Counted from the first letter of the stretch, positions 1 through 9,984 are shown. The stretch: 64,000 nt of DNA from Deltaproteobacteria bacterium (GCA_016177705.1 JACOUT010000005.1:158374-222373); one strand, 5' to 3'. Notes: a model not told the origin generated them from the letters alone. Translations and numbers: made by a program.

Positions 1-224
1 GCGCGCGCGCACCTCCTCCATCACCTGGTAGGTCTCGGGGTGCAGCCGCCCGGTGTCGATGGTGAAGACCTTGACGCTCGGGGCGCAGCGTCGCGCCAGG
101 TCGATCAGCACCACGTCCTCGATGCCGAAGCTGGCGGCGATGGCGGCGTGGGCGCCGAAGGTCGCCTCGACCCACGCGAGCACCGCTTCGGCGCCTTGGT
201 CCTCGAGATCGGGTAGCGGCGTCA
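1..224 (-). CDS. cysH: Phosphoadenosine-phosphosulfate/adenylylsulfate reductase, N-terminal part (gene runs off window start)
   Basis: Minus-strand translation from ATG at 224 reads [46 protein letters not shown]..., the typical PAPS-reductase N-terminus. Its ATG overlaps the stop of the upstream sulfite reductase (ATGA). Confidence 0.7.
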
Positions 225-1964
225 TTGCGAGCACTCCCCATCGAGCGTCACCACTTGGAAGGCGACCGAGCTGCCGACGTCGACGAAGTCCTCGGGGGCC
301 GCGTTCTCCTCGGTGAGCACGGTCAGGTCCTCGATGAGCCGGGCGGCCGCCGCGGGGTCGAGGCGTTGGAAGAAGGCGCGCGGCGACTCGTCGGCGTGCC
401 TGGTAGCGGCGTAGTGGTCGAGCAGGCGATCGATCGCCTGCGGCACGCGGCGCACCGGCACCCGCGCCACCACCCGCCCGAATACCGCGCCTCGCTCGTC
501 GACGCCGCCGCCGATGGAGAGCTGATACTGCGGCGCCAGCTTGCCTCCGACCTTGCGCACCGCGCCCTGCAGCCCGATGGTCGCGACGTGGTGCTGGCCG
601 CAGCCGTTCGGGCAGCCCGACACCTTGATGTCCGCCTGGGCCGCGGCGCCCGAGTCGGCGTCGATCTGCCGCAGGTGGTCGCCGACGAGCTGGGCCACGC
701 CGCGCGAGGCGGTGACGGCGATGCGGCAGGTCTCCGCACCCGGGCAGCTCGTGACGTCCGACACGCGTTCGGCGTGCGCCTCACCGAGCCCGTGCGCGTC
801 GAGCCCGAGCCACAGCGGGTAGAGCTGCTCGTCCGCCACCCAGCGCAACAACAAGTTCTGCCCGACGGTGGTGCGCGCTGTGCCGTCGCCGTGCCGCTCG
901 CACAGATCGGCGACCGCTCCGAGCTGCGAGGCCGAGATGTCACCGAGGCGCAGGAACACGGTGGCGGACAAGAAGCCGGTCTGCCGTTGCTCACGCACCT
1001 GGGCGTCCCGCCAGGCGAGGAAGCGCGCCGGCAGCGGATCGGCGGCCGGGGCATGCCGGGGGTGACGCGGCGGCTCCTCGTCGGCGTCGTCGACGGCGAA
1101 GGGCCGGCCGCCGGCGGCGAGCACCGCCTCGAGCTCGCGGCGGTACGCGGCCCTGAACGCCTCCGGACCGAGCCGGTGCACCACCCACTTGAGGCGGGCC
1201 TTCTGCAAGTTGCCGCGGTCGCCTTCGGCGTTGAACACGCGCAGCACCGCCTCGCAGGCGGCCAGCAGCTGCTCGGGGGGCAGGTGCTCCTCGAGCACCA
1301 CGGCGGCGCGCGCGAAGGTGGCGGTGCCGCCGCCGGCGAGCACGCGGAAGACGCGCCGGCCCTCGCGCACGTGCGCGAGCACGCCGATGTCCTGCATGGC
1401 GCCGCGCGCGCAGTCGGCAGCGCAGCCCGACAGGTTGATCTTGAACTTGCGCGGCAGCCCCGAGCCGAGCGGGCCGCGCAGGAAGTGACGGGCGATGGCC
1501 TCGGCGTAGCCGGTGACGTCGACGTCGGCCTTGGCGCACACGCCCGCCTCGGCGCAGGCCACCACGTTCCTCACCGTGTGCGAGCAGGCCTCGCGGGTGG
1601 TGAGCCCGCAGCCCGCGAGCGCAGCCAGGAAGGGCGGCAGGTCGGCGGGCTTGACGAAGTGGAACTGGAAGTTCTGCCGCGTGGTGACGTGGCCGTAGCC
1701 GCGCGAGAAGCTGGTGGCGCAGTCGGCGAGCACGCGCAGCTGCGCTGCCGACAGCACGCCGGCGGGGACCTTGGCGCGCACCATGTGCACGCCGTCTTGG
1801 CGCTGTCCGTAGACGCCGCGCGACAGCCGGTACTGCCGGTAGTCGTCCGCGCCGATCTCGCCCTTCTCGAAGCGCTCGAGCATGAGGGCGAACTCGGCAG
1901 CTTCGCGCGCGTCACCGAAGCTCTGACGGTGCCGATCGGGCAGGGGGCTCGCTGGGGCGTCCAT
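222..1964 (-). CDS. sir: Ferredoxin-type sulfite/nitrite reductase hemoprotein (siroheme, 4Fe-4S)
   Basis: 580-aa ORF with two nitrite/sulfite-reductase ferredoxin-like half domains. It carries the Cys cluster motifs ([16 protein letters not shown]). It is translationally coupled to cysH downstream. Confidence 0.85.
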   Translation of the reverse strand: MDAPASPLPDRHRQSFGDAREAAEFALMLERFEKGEIGADDYRQYRLSRGVYGQRQDGVHMVRAKVPAGVLSAAQLRVLADCATSFSRGYGHVTTRQNFQFHFVKPADLPPFLAALAGCGLTTREACSHTVRNVVACAEAGVCAKADVDVTGYAEAIARHFLRGPLGSGLPRKFKINLSGCAADCARGAMQDIGVLAHVREGRRVFRVLAGGGTATFARAAVVLEEHLPPEQLLAACEAVLRVFNAEGDRGNLQKARLKWVVHRLGPEAFRAAYRRELEAVLAAGGRPFAVDDADEEPPRHPRHAPAADPLPARFLAWRDAQVREQRQTGFLSATVFLRLGDISASQLGAVADLCERHGDGTARTTVGQNLLLRWVADEQLYPLWLGLDAHGLGEAHAERVSDVTSCPGAETCRIAVTASRGVAQLVGDHLRQIDADSGAAAQADIKVSGCPNGCGQHHVATIGLQGAVRKVGGKLAPQYQLSIGGGVDERGAVFGRVVARVPVRRVPQAIDRLLDHYAATRHADESPRAFFQRLDPAAAARLIEDLTVLTEENAAPEDFVDVGSSVAFQVVTLDGECSQ

Positions 1965-2012
1965 CGCGCGACCTCGTGGTGCCTACGGTTCAGCACCAAA
2001 GTACCCCGACAT

Positions 2013-2044
2013 CCGTTAAAGTCAACGTGATATCCTATTTAACG
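2013..2044. promoter_or_regulatory. 8-bp inverted repeat (CCGTTAAA ... TTTAACGG) in a low-GC intergenic region upstream of sir-cysH
   Basis: ccgttaaagtcaacgtgatatcctatttaacgg was read directly from the sequence. It lies in the only AT-rich stretch between the sir start (1964) and the K+ channel stop (2184). Confidence 0.35.
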
Positions 2045-2183
2045 GACACCGGGGAAACGGCGACGCATCAAGAAAACGTCTATTTATCAATCGGTTCCAT
2101 TGAAAGGCCGGATCGGCGCTCCGCGCGGTGCGCCCAGAGATCCGATGGGATCCGCTATGACGGACGACCGACCAGCGACCCCG

Positions 2184-3206
2184 TCACGCGGGCTGGGCGA
2201 GCTGCTCCAGCCGATCGAGGTCGCGGCGGTGGCCGAGCGAGATCAGCGTGTCGCCGCGCTCGAGCACGGTGGCGCCGCCCGGGTTGAACTCCATGTTGCC
2301 CGACAGGCGCTTGATGGCGACGACGATGATGCGCTGCTCGCGCGTCATCGACTCCGACAGCTTCTTGCCGATCAAGCTGCTGCCCTCGCGCACCAGCGTC
2401 TCCTCCATCTGCAGCTCGATGTGCTGGCTGCGCGTGGCCAGGTCGATGAAGTCGAGCACGCTCGGGCGCAGCACCGCCTGCACCACGCGACTGCCACCCA
2501 GCAAGTAGGGCGCCACCACGCGGTTGGCGCCGGCGCGTGTCAGCTTCACCTCGCTGGCCGGATCCTCGGCGCGCGCCACCACGAAGATCTTGTCGTTGAG
2601 CAGCTTGGCCGACAGCGTGATGAACAGGTTGTCGGCGTCGTGCGGCACCGCGCTCACCAAGGCGCGCGCGCGCTCGATGCCCGCCTTGCGCAACAGCTCG
2701 TCCGAGGTGGCGTCGCCCTCGAGCGCGACGCCGACGCGTACCGGGAAGTGCTCGATCAGCTCGTGGGCGCGGTCGATGACCACGAAGGGCTGGTTCGCCT
2801 GCGCCAGCTCGTCGCAAATGATGCGGCCCATGCGCCCGTAGCCGCACACGATCACGTGGTCCTTCAGGGTGGTCAAGATGCGCTCCTGGCGCTGTCTGCC
2901 GAGGAGGCGCTGGACCTCGCCGGAGACGATGGCGCGGATGACGGAGGTGACGGCGGCGGCCATGGTGAAGGCGCCACCCAGGATGAGCGCGATGGTGAAC
3001 AGGCGCCCGCTCTGGCCGAGCGGGTGCGTCTCACCAAAGCCGACGGTGCCGAGCGTGATCACCGTCATGTAGAGCGAGTCGAACAGCGACCAGCCCTCGA
3101 GCACGTGGTAGCCGGCCGTGCCGGCCGCGACGAGCAGCACCGGCAGCGAGGCGGCGAGCAGGATGCGCCGCGCCACCGGGTCGAGGAAGATGCGGATGCG
3201 GTTCAC
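2184..3206 (-). CDS. RCK/TrkA-N-gated potassium channel (two-TM pore with a TVGFGE selectivity-filter-like motif, then a NAD-binding RCK domain)
   Basis: The protein has an N-terminal TM region and the pore motif VITLGTVGFGE. A Rossmann VIVCGYGRMGR (TrkA-N) follows. Its start overlaps the stop of the FliG-like gene by 4 nt. Confidence 0.8.
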   Translation of the reverse strand: MNRIRIFLDPVARRILLAASLPVLLVAAGTAGYHVLEGWSLFDSLYMTVITLGTVGFGETHPLGQSGRLFTIALILGGAFTMAAAVTSVIRAIVSGEVQRLLGRQRQERILTTLKDHVIVCGYGRMGRIICDELAQANQPFVVIDRAHELIEHFPVRVGVALEGDATSDELLRKAGIERARALVSAVPHDADNLFITLSAKLLNDKIFVVARAEDPASEVKLTRAGANRVVAPYLLGGSRVVQAVLRPSVLDFIDLATRSQHIELQMEETLVREGSSLIGKKLSESMTREQRIIVVAIKRLSGNMEFNPGGATVLERGDTLISLGHRRDLDRLEQLAQPA

Positions 3207-4216
3207 CCGCGCGCCTCATACGCGATGGGCGCCTGGCCGTAGCGCGCGTCGATCTTGCCGCGACGCGACAGGTTGACGACGACGTCGAGCATGTGGTCGC
3301 GCAGCCGCCGCAACTGCGCATCGTCGAGCTCGCGCTCGCGCACGCGATCGAGGTAGTCGCCGAGCAGCCGGCCGTGCGCGCGCGGGAAGCGCTGCGCGAG
3401 CTGGCGGATGGTGATGGCGTCCTCCACCGAGATGGCGCGCGCCAGCCGATACAGCCCCGCCTTCTGCAGCAGCTCGTCGGTGTTCGAGAAGTTGCCGAGC
3501 ACCTTGGCCAAGAAGCCGCGCGCCGCCTTGATCTCCATCTGGTCCTTGAAGTCGGCGCGCTTGACCGCGGCGATCACCTCCTCGGCGTCCTCGGAGGGGA
3601 TGCGCTGCAAGAACTCGGCGAGCGCGCGCTTGCCGACGGCGAGGAAAGCACACGCGATCTCGTCGGCGCCGATATTGCGCGCCACGATCACGAGCTCCTT
3701 GGCCGACAGCACCACCAGGTCGCCGAACGACAGCTCGGCGAGGTCGCGCTCGAGCGGCATGGAGGCGAACTTGGCGTCGAAGCGCGCGCGCACCAGCTTG
3801 ACCACCTCGATGGGCACCTTCTTGAGCGACTCGCGCGGTGGCATCGCCTCCTGCACCGCCTCGGGCAGGCGCTGCGCCACCTGTCGCGCGATCGACGAGG
3901 GCATGTGCATGAGTGCGATCGCCACCACGCGCGGGCTCTCGCCCTTGAAGCCGGCTGCGAGCCAGCTCGGCTCGACGCCCTCGAGCCCCTTCATGGCGCG
4001 GAAAGTCATGAGCTGTTTCAGCTCGCGCACCATGAGGGGGATGCGCTTGTCGCGCGGGATCTCGTCGAGCTTCTTGGCCTTGTCGGCCAGCGCCTGTGCT
4101 TCTTCCTCGGGTAGGAGCGCGAACAGCTCGCGGCCGCCGGAGCCGCCGAACGCGAGCAGCGCGAGCAGCAGCGTCTGCTGGCGGCGGTCGAGCGGGTGCA
4201 GGAGGCGCGCGAGCAT
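3203..4216 (-). CDS. FliG-like (flagellar rotor / MgtE-N-like) domain protein
   Basis: The segment LSFGDLVVLSAKELVIVARNIGADEIACAFLAVGKRALAEFLQRIPSED aligns by eye with FliG middle/C-terminal helices (FVFEDILKLDDRSIQLVLREVDTRDLALALKGASDELKEKIF). A second FliG-like helical repeat lies upstream in the protein. Confidence 0.55.
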   Translation of the reverse strand: MLARLLHPLDRRQQTLLLALLAFGGSGGRELFALLPEEEAQALADKAKKLDEIPRDKRIPLMVRELKQLMTFRAMKGLEGVEPSWLAAGFKGESPRVVAIALMHMPSSIARQVAQRLPEAVQEAMPPRESLKKVPIEVVKLVRARFDAKFASMPLERDLAELSFGDLVVLSAKELVIVARNIGADEIACAFLAVGKRALAEFLQRIPSEDAEEVIAAVKRADFKDQMEIKAARGFLAKVLGNFSNTDELLQKAGLYRLARAISVEDAITIRQLAQRFPRAHGRLLGDYLDRVRERELDDAQLRRLRDHMLDVVVNLSRRGKIDARYGQAPIAYEARG

Positions 4217-4241
4217 CGCCGAAGGTCAGCGCCCGTCGGTC

Positions 4242-5162
4242 TCAGGCCGGCGGCGGCTGCAGGCCGGTCTGGGTGGCGCGGCCGGCCTTGCGCACCGACG
4301 CCAGCTCGGCCTCGGCCTTGGCGACGCGCTTCTTCAGGCCCATGGAGCGCACCAGGCCGCCCATGCCGAAGGCGATGCCGAGCACGGTGACTGCCAAGAA
4401 GCCGACGGCGAACAGCTGCAAGCGCTGCCAAGAGCCCTTGTCGGCGAGCTTGAGCCCGAAGGCGGTGGCCGCCGCCGGCGCCTGCTCGACCGCGCTCGAC
4501 GAGACCACGTCGTCAATCAGGTTGCCGGGCGCGTTCTTCTTCATCACGACCGTGACGTTCGGCGGCCGCAGGTCCTCGATGGAGGCGGCGACCAGGTTGC
4601 GCACCTCGTCCTCCTTGACGGTGGCCGAGCCGCGCTCGTCGATGGCGTTGTAGACGATCGCGACCGACGCGGTGGCGGGCGGCGGCGGCGTGTCGAGGTC
4701 GCGCACGATGTCCTTGTCGGGCTGCACCACCGACACGTGCGCCTGCACGATGCCCGGCAGCGCCTTGAGCTTGCGCTCGATCTCGCCCTGCATGGCCATC
4801 AGGAACTTGGCCTTCTCCTCGCTCTTGGTCGGGATCAGCCCCCCGCCGCCCGGCGGATAGACCTCCTTCAGGCCCTGGCTGCGCGTGCGGGGGAGCTTGT
4901 TGGCGACCAACAGGCGCAGCGCGTCGTCGACGTCGACGTCCTTGACCAGCACGGCGAAGGTGACCACCCGGCCCTCTTCCTTGATCTTCTCGCCGTCGAT
5001 GCCCTTGGCGCGCAACACCACCAGGATCTCGTTGGCCTCGAGCTGGTCGAGGCCGCTGACGATGTCGTGGCTCGGGCCGCAGCCCGAGGCGAGCGCGACC
5101 GCGCAGGCGAGAAACACCCACAGCAGCCTTTGGGTGCGGGTGGTGGTCGGCAGGGAGGTCAT
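4242..5162 (-). CDS. SctJ/YscJ/PrgK (FliF-N)-family inner-membrane ring lipoprotein
   Basis: Starting at the ATG at 5162 the protein has a lipobox signal (LLWVFLACAVALASGC) and YscJ-like ring-building motifs (ILVVLRAKGIDGEKIKEEGRVVTFAVLV). A single C-terminal TM follows (LQLFAVGFLAVTVLGIAFGMGGLV). This is the classic SctJ architecture. Confidence 0.7.
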   Translation of the reverse strand: MTSLPTTTRTQRLLWVFLACAVALASGCGPSHDIVSGLDQLEANEILVVLRAKGIDGEKIKEEGRVVTFAVLVKDVDVDDALRLLVANKLPRTRSQGLKEVYPPGGGGLIPTKSEEKAKFLMAMQGEIERKLKALPGIVQAHVSVVQPDKDIVRDLDTPPPPATASVAIVYNAIDERGSATVKEDEVRNLVAASIEDLRPPNVTVVMKKNAPGNLIDDVVSSSAVEQAPAAATAFGLKLADKGSWQRLQLFAVGFLAVTVLGIAFGMGGLVRSMGLKKRVAKAEAELASVRKAGRATQTGLQPPPA

Positions 5163-5402
5163 GACCGTCCTCGTTCGGCGGGTGCGCCAGGTTGGGGCGC
5201 GCCCGGTGGGGAAGTCTCCGCCATCCGCCTTGCCCGTGTCGAGCGCCGGGCGCCGGGCAGGGCACCGACCGGAGGGGGTCCAGGACGTGAGACAAGCACA
5301 GTGAGACAGTGGGTGGCGCTTTTGCCGGGGAACAACTGCGCCGTTACACTTTGTTGAGATCAGCCGACCGCCCCCCGCTGATCCGACGGTGAGGTATCTG
5401 CC

Positions 5403-6287
5403 ATGCGCTGCACCTTCTCCCCCGAGTCTGGACCGCAACCCACCGCCTGCGGCATGGGCGCAGGGCGCGAGCGCTGCCTGTTCACCTCGGTGATGATGCT
5501 CGGAGGCCTGTTCGGGCTGATGGCCTCACCGGCCGTGCGGCTGCCGTTCGTCACCATGTTCGTGGTCATCGGCATCCCGCTCTTGACCTTCGCGGTCGCC
5601 GCTCCTTCGCGGCTCGGTCTGACGCGCGAGCTGGGGCTGCTGCTGCGCGGGCTCGAGGCCTCGCTGCTGTCGATGCTGCTCGCCGTGGTCGGCCGCTTCG
5701 ACGACGCGCGCGCCGTGCTGCTGCGCCAACGCGTGCGCGTCGAGAACGCGTACGCGTCGGGCACAGGGCCGCTCGCCCAGATCGTCGCCTCTGACCCGCT
5801 GCGCCTGCACCACCTGCGGCGGCTCGGCATGCTCGGCGCCGTGCTCGCGGTGGTCGCCGGCAACGCGCTGCCGCTGGTGTTCCCGCAAACCTACACCTGG
5901 GGCGACGACGCCGGCGCCATCGGCGTCTTCGTGCTCGACGTGCTCACCATTGGCCTCGCCTCGCGGCTGGTGAGCGAGCGCATGGCAGTCCGCCTGCTCG
6001 AGACCACGCACGCGCTTGGTGGCGGCACGGTGTGGGGCGCGCGCGCCCGCGTGGTGCCGCTCGCAACCATGCTCGGCACCGCGATGGGCGCCGTCGGCGC
6101 GCTGGTGGTGCTCGCCACCGCGGCGGCCGCCTCCGCCGTCGAGACCTCTTGGTTGTTCGAGACCGACATGGTCGCGGCCGGCCTGTGGTTCATCCGCGAG
6201 ACGGCGCCCTTGGCGCTGCCGCTCGGCGTCGGCATCGGTGGCGTCATGGGTGCCGCCGCGGGCTTGGCTCAGCCACCCCAGCGCTGA
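5403..6287 (+). CDS. Hypothetical polytopic membrane protein
   Basis: The ORF has several hydrophobic helices (e.g. FVTMFVVIGIPLLTFAVAAP). It is divergent from the SctJ-like gene. The start is uncertain and may be the internal Met near 5493. There is no family-level match. Confidence 0.4.
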   Translation: MRCTFSPESGPQPTACGMGAGRERCLFTSVMMLGGLFGLMASPAVRLPFVTMFVVIGIPLLTFAVAAPSRLGLTRELGLLLRGLEASLLSMLLAVVGRFDDARAVLLRQRVRVENAYASGTGPLAQIVASDPLRLHHLRRLGMLGAVLAVVAGNALPLVFPQTYTWGDDAGAIGVFVLDVLTIGLASRLVSERMAVRLLETTHALGGGTVWGARARVVPLATMLGTAMGAVGALVVLATAAAASAVETSWLFETDMVAAGLWFIRETAPLALPLGVGIGGVMGAAAGLAQPPQR

Positions 6288-6373
6288 CCTCTCGGTCACT
6301 ATTCGCGACGTGATCCCCGCCTCCGCACAGGCGGGGATTGTCGTTTTCGCTGCGCTGGGCGACAAAGACCTAC

Positions 6374-7213
6374 ATGAACCGCCATCGCGACGACGTCGAG
6401 CTGCTGTTGGACCACGTCCGGCCAGTGCAGGCGCGGACCCGCATGACGCGGCTGCCGTTCTTCAAGGTCGTGTTGATTACGCTGGAAGAGGCGGTGCGGG
6501 CCGTGGTCGGGCTTGCGCGCGGGCGCGCCAACCTGGAGCTCGGTGACGAGCTGCTGCGTGACTGGTGGCCGCGCGTGTTCCGCTCGGGCAACGCCAGCCT
6601 GCGCGCGCGCGGCCGCGCGCACTTCGTCCCCGGTCAGGCCTACGTAGTGATGTCGAACCACTGCTCGGCCCTCGACATCCCCGCCATCGTCGGGGCCGTG
6701 CCCGCCTCGGTGCGCATGGTGACCAAGCAGGAGCTGATCAACGTGCCCTTGTGGGGCTACGCCATGCACAAGTGCGGCTTCGTGCCGGTCGATCGCAAGA
6801 ACCGCGTCAAGGCCATCCACCAGCTCGACGAGGCCAAGGCGCTCCTGCGCAAGGGCGTCTGCGTGTGGATCTCGCCCGAGGGCACGCGCTCGCGCGACGG
6901 CAAGCTGGCGTCGTTCAAGAAGGGCGGCTTCCACCTCGCGTTCGACCTCGGCGTGCCCATCGTGCCGGCGTGGGTCGACGGCACCGAGGGCATCATCGCG
7001 GCCGCTCGCCTGAACGCGCGCGAGGACGGCGAGGTCGAGGTGCGCTTCGGCGCGCCCATCGCTACGGCCGGGCTGGGCAAGGCCGACATGAAGCCAATGA
7101 TGGCGGAGGTGCGCGCCCGCATCCTCGCCCTGTCGGGGCGCGCGGCGCAGGTCGACGCCGAGGTGGGCGCCGTCGCCGACGTCGTGCGGCCACGCGTGCG
7201 CAAGGCGAGCTGA
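6374..7213 (+). CDS. 1-acyl-sn-glycerol-3-phosphate acyltransferase (PlsC family)
   Basis: Carries the HXXXXD acyltransferase motif (SNHCSALD) and the PEGTRS box (ISPEGTRSRDG). The ATG is at 6374; the ORF caller started at the TTG at 6338. Confidence 0.75.
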   Translation: MNRHRDDVELLLDHVRPVQARTRMTRLPFFKVVLITLEEAVRAVVGLARGRANLELGDELLRDWWPRVFRSGNASLRARGRAHFVPGQAYVVMSNHCSALDIPAIVGAVPASVRMVTKQELINVPLWGYAMHKCGFVPVDRKNRVKAIHQLDEAKALLRKGVCVWISPEGTRSRDGKLASFKKGGFHLAFDLGVPIVPAWVDGTEGIIAAARLNAREDGEVEVRFGAPIATAGLGKADMKPMMAEVRARILALSGRAAQVDAEVGAVADVVRPRVRKAS

Positions 7214-7225
7214 GCCGAGCGCCGG

Positions 7226-8602
7226 CTACTTGCAGTCGAAGTCGAGCGCCGCGTCGCAGTTGCCGCGTCTGGCTGCCTCGCGCGGCGCCTCAGGCGGCGC
7301 CGCGCGAGGCGCCGCGCGCACCACGGCGAGCTGCGTGCGCGACCCCTTGGGCGCGCCGATGAGCGCCACGCCCGGCAGCTCGGGCATGGGCACGACGTGC
7401 ACGAAGGCCGGCACCTGCCAGACCGTGCTCGCGTCGAGCGCGAAGCCGTCCTTGGTGCCGAGGTGGAGCGCGGCGCGGCCGGGCTCGCCGAGGTCGAGCA
7501 GGTCGGGGGTGCCGTCGCCATCGAAGTCGACCGACACCACCGGCATGGCGCCATCCATGCGCCCCGCGCGCACGTCCGCGGTGGCGGTGAGCGCGAGCGG
7601 CGCGCCCTCGCCGACCTTCACGCGCAGCGGCACCTTGCCGGTCAGCAACACCCCCGAGAGGGACACCAGGCTGGTGTCCACCTCGGCGACGACCAGGGCG
7701 CGGCCGCGCGCGCCGATGGGCGCCACCAGGCCGTCCTTGCGCCACAGCAGGCGCGACGACGACAGCGGCGCGCGATCGCCACTGACGACGAAGGCGTCGC
7801 TCTTCTCCGGGATGGCGCCGTGCGTGACGCCGACCACGGCCTCGGCGCGTCGGTCGCCCTCGAGATCGAGCAGGCGCACGCGCAGGTCCGCGTCGCCGTC
7901 CGCGCCCACCGCGGCCGCCAGGTCGCGGCTGACCACCGGCGCAGCCGCGAGCGCAGCACCCTCGCGCGCGAACACGGTCACGCGGCCCTCGTGCACCAGC
8001 GCCAGGTCGAGGTCGCCGTCGCCGTCGATGTCGACGTCGAGGGTGCGGGGCGCGTACAACGACAGCGCCGCATCGTAGCCGCGCTCGGGGCGCAGGCCGC
8101 GGTGCACGCGCCCGGAGTAGGCGCGCGCGCGGTGCGTGACCGCGAGCGTGCGCGCGGCGCCGGCGCCCTTGACGGCGACGCCGTCGACGACCAGCACGCG
8201 CAGCTCGCCGCGCGCCGCGCCGCGCTTGCCGCACAGCTCGGCGACATAGAGCGCGTCCGCGTCCGGCACGGTGAACAGCGCGCGGCCGTCGAGCAGCCGG
8301 TCGCCGTCGACGTCGGTGAGGCCGGCGGCGTCCTGCAACACCACCTGATCGCCCTTCGCCCCCGGCAGCGGGCAGGCGTCCACGAACAGCGCTGCGGCCG
8401 ACACCGCCTGTGCGCCGCGCGTCGACAGGTCGCGCGCGTCGAGGCGCACCAGGCGGCGGCGCCCCCGCTCGGTGGCGCTGACCCAGATCTCGGGCGTGCC
8501 GCCGCCGACGTAGAGCGCGTCGACGGCGACGCCCGGGATCGAGACGGCCGGCGCGGGCGCCGCAACCAGGTGCGCGAGCAGGGAGAGCGCGGCGAGCGGC
8601 AC
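7226..8602 (-). CDS. Secreted FG-GAP/VCBS-like repeat protein
   Basis: It has an N-terminal signal peptide (MPLAALSLLAHLVAAPAPA). Repeated D-x-D-G-D-G calcium-binding-like loops are present (DVDIDGDGDLD, VDFDGDGTPD). Confidence 0.5.
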   Translation of the reverse strand: MPLAALSLLAHLVAAPAPAVSIPGVAVDALYVGGGTPEIWVSATERGRRRLVRLDARDLSTRGAQAVSAAALFVDACPLPGAKGDQVVLQDAAGLTDVDGDRLLDGRALFTVPDADALYVAELCGKRGAARGELRVLVVDGVAVKGAGAARTLAVTHRARAYSGRVHRGLRPERGYDAALSLYAPRTLDVDIDGDGDLDLALVHEGRVTVFAREGAALAAAPVVSRDLAAAVGADGDADLRVRLLDLEGDRRAEAVVGVTHGAIPEKSDAFVVSGDRAPLSSSRLLWRKDGLVAPIGARGRALVVAEVDTSLVSLSGVLLTGKVPLRVKVGEGAPLALTATADVRAGRMDGAMPVVSVDFDGDGTPDLLDLGEPGRAALHLGTKDGFALDASTVWQVPAFVHVVPMPELPGVALIGAPKGSRTQLAVVRAAPRAAPPEAPREAARRGNCDAALDFDCK

Positions 8603-8707
8603 GCCGCCTGCTCACACGCCGCTACCGGCCAGGCAAGGCACGTCGACGAGCGGCCGGCCTCCAGCGTGGCGCTTTCGCGCGCGCGCCCGGTGTGGCAACG
8701 AGTCCTC

Positions 8708-9565
8708 ATGCGGCCCGTCCTCTTCGAGGTCTTCGGCGCGACCGTGCACAGCTACCCGACGCTGGTGGCGCTCGCCACCGTGGTCGGCGTGCTGGTGGGC
8801 GTGACGCTCGGGCGCAAAGACGGCAGAGCGTGGCGCGACCTCGTCGACCTCGCCATCGTGGTGGTGGTGGGCGCGTTGCTCGGCGCCAAGGTCTTTCACA
8901 CGGTGTTCGAGGCCGAGGGCCACCACCTCACCGACGGGCGCATCGCCCGCGGCGTGCTCGACCTCTTGGCCGACGATCCGTGGCACTGGGCGCGGCTGTT
9001 CGAGGCCGGCTACGTCTTCTACGGCGCCGTCGTGGGTGCGTTCCTCATCGGCTGGCTGTTCATGGTGCGGCGGGCGCTGCCCGACCGATGGAGCGTCGGC
9101 GACTACGCCACGCCCGCCCTGCTCGCCGGCATCTTCCTCGGTCGCGTCGGCTGCTACCTCGGTGGTTGCTGCTATGGCCGCGCCACCGACGTGCCGTGGT
9201 CCGTCACCTTCCCTGCTGGCCACGCCGCGGCCGGCGCGTCGGTCCACCCGGTGCAGCTCTACGACGCCGCCTTCGGGCTCGTGGGTCTCGTCGCCGTCGC
9301 GCTGCTCTACCGGCGGCGCCGCTTCGGCGGCGAGGCGCTGTGCGCGTTCTTCGTCGGCTACGCCGTCTATCGCTTTGCCACCGAGCTGGTGCGCGCGGAC
9401 GCCGACCGTGGCCTTTGGCTCGGTGGCACGCTGTCGACGTCGCAGTTGGTGGCGCTCGCCACCTTGCCGGTGGCGCTTTTCGCTTGGTGGCGCGGCCTCG
9501 CGCTGGCGCGTGCCGGCAAGGTGCGCAAGCCGAGCGAACCGCTCCCTCAGGAAGGCCCCTCATGA
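8708..9565 (+). CDS. lgt: Prolipoprotein diacylglyceryl transferase
   Basis: Translation from the ATG at 8708 shows the Lgt signature region (LGRVGCYLGGCCYGRATDVPWSVTFP) and a multi-TM profile. Confidence 0.85.
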   Translation: MRPVLFEVFGATVHSYPTLVALATVVGVLVGVTLGRKDGRAWRDLVDLAIVVVVGALLGAKVFHTVFEAEGHHLTDGRIARGVLDLLADDPWHWARLFEAGYVFYGAVVGAFLIGWLFMVRRALPDRWSVGDYATPALLAGIFLGRVGCYLGGCCYGRATDVPWSVTFPAGHAAAGASVHPVQLYDAAFGLVGLVAVALLYRRRRFGGEALCAFFVGYAVYRFATELVRADADRGLWLGGTLSTSQLVALATLPVALFAWWRGLALARAGKVRKPSEPLPQEGPS

Positions 9566-9984
9566 TCACCGTCGCCCTCGCCCTCACGCTCGCGGCCGGC
9601 CCCGATCCCTGCGCGGGCGTGGTCGACAGGACGCCGGCGTGCGTCGCCCCGGACGACGTCGCCGCCACGCTCGCGCCCGACGGCGGCGCCAAGGACGCCG
9701 CCGCCGGTGCAGCCGGCGTCATCAAGGCCGAGCAGATCCCGTCCAAGCTCGCGCTGGTCGCCGCCGCGCTCGGCATCGGCGGCACCGCCGCCATCAGCGC
9801 CACCTACGCGGTGACGCCGCCGGACGAGACCGCCGACGAGCGGCAGCTCCGCAAGGTGGTGCGCCTCGGCGGCGTGTCCGTGCTCGCGATCTCGGGGCTG
9901 GTCGGCGGCGCTGCGCTCGCGCTTGCGGTGTTCGATCCGTCGACGGGCGCGCCGCGCTACCGCTTGATCGAGGACAACGAATGA
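9562..9984 (+). CDS. Small hypothetical signal-peptide protein with a C-terminal TM
   Basis: Its ATG overlaps the lgt stop (ATGA). It has an N-terminal hydrophobic signal and a C-terminal TM (VLAISGLVGGAALALAVF). Confidence 0.45.
   Translation: MITVALALTLAAGPDPCAGVVDRTPACVAPDDVAATLAPDGGAKDAAAGAAGVIKAEQIPSKLALVAAALGIGGTAAISATYAVTPPDETADERQLRKVVRLGGVSVLAISGLVGGAALALAVFDPSTGAPRYRLIEDNE

Noticed and set aside
225-2030. 601-aa plus-strand ORF antisense to the sulfite reductase gene
   Set aside because: It is Arg/Gly/Ala/His-rich and low-complexity. This is the typical shadow ORF produced by high-GC DNA opposite a real, well-conserved gene.
7290-8615. 441-aa minus-strand ORF overlapping the FG-GAP-like gene in another frame
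   Set aside because: Poly-Arg/Gly composition. The co-located 7226..8602 frame has a signal peptide and repeat structure.
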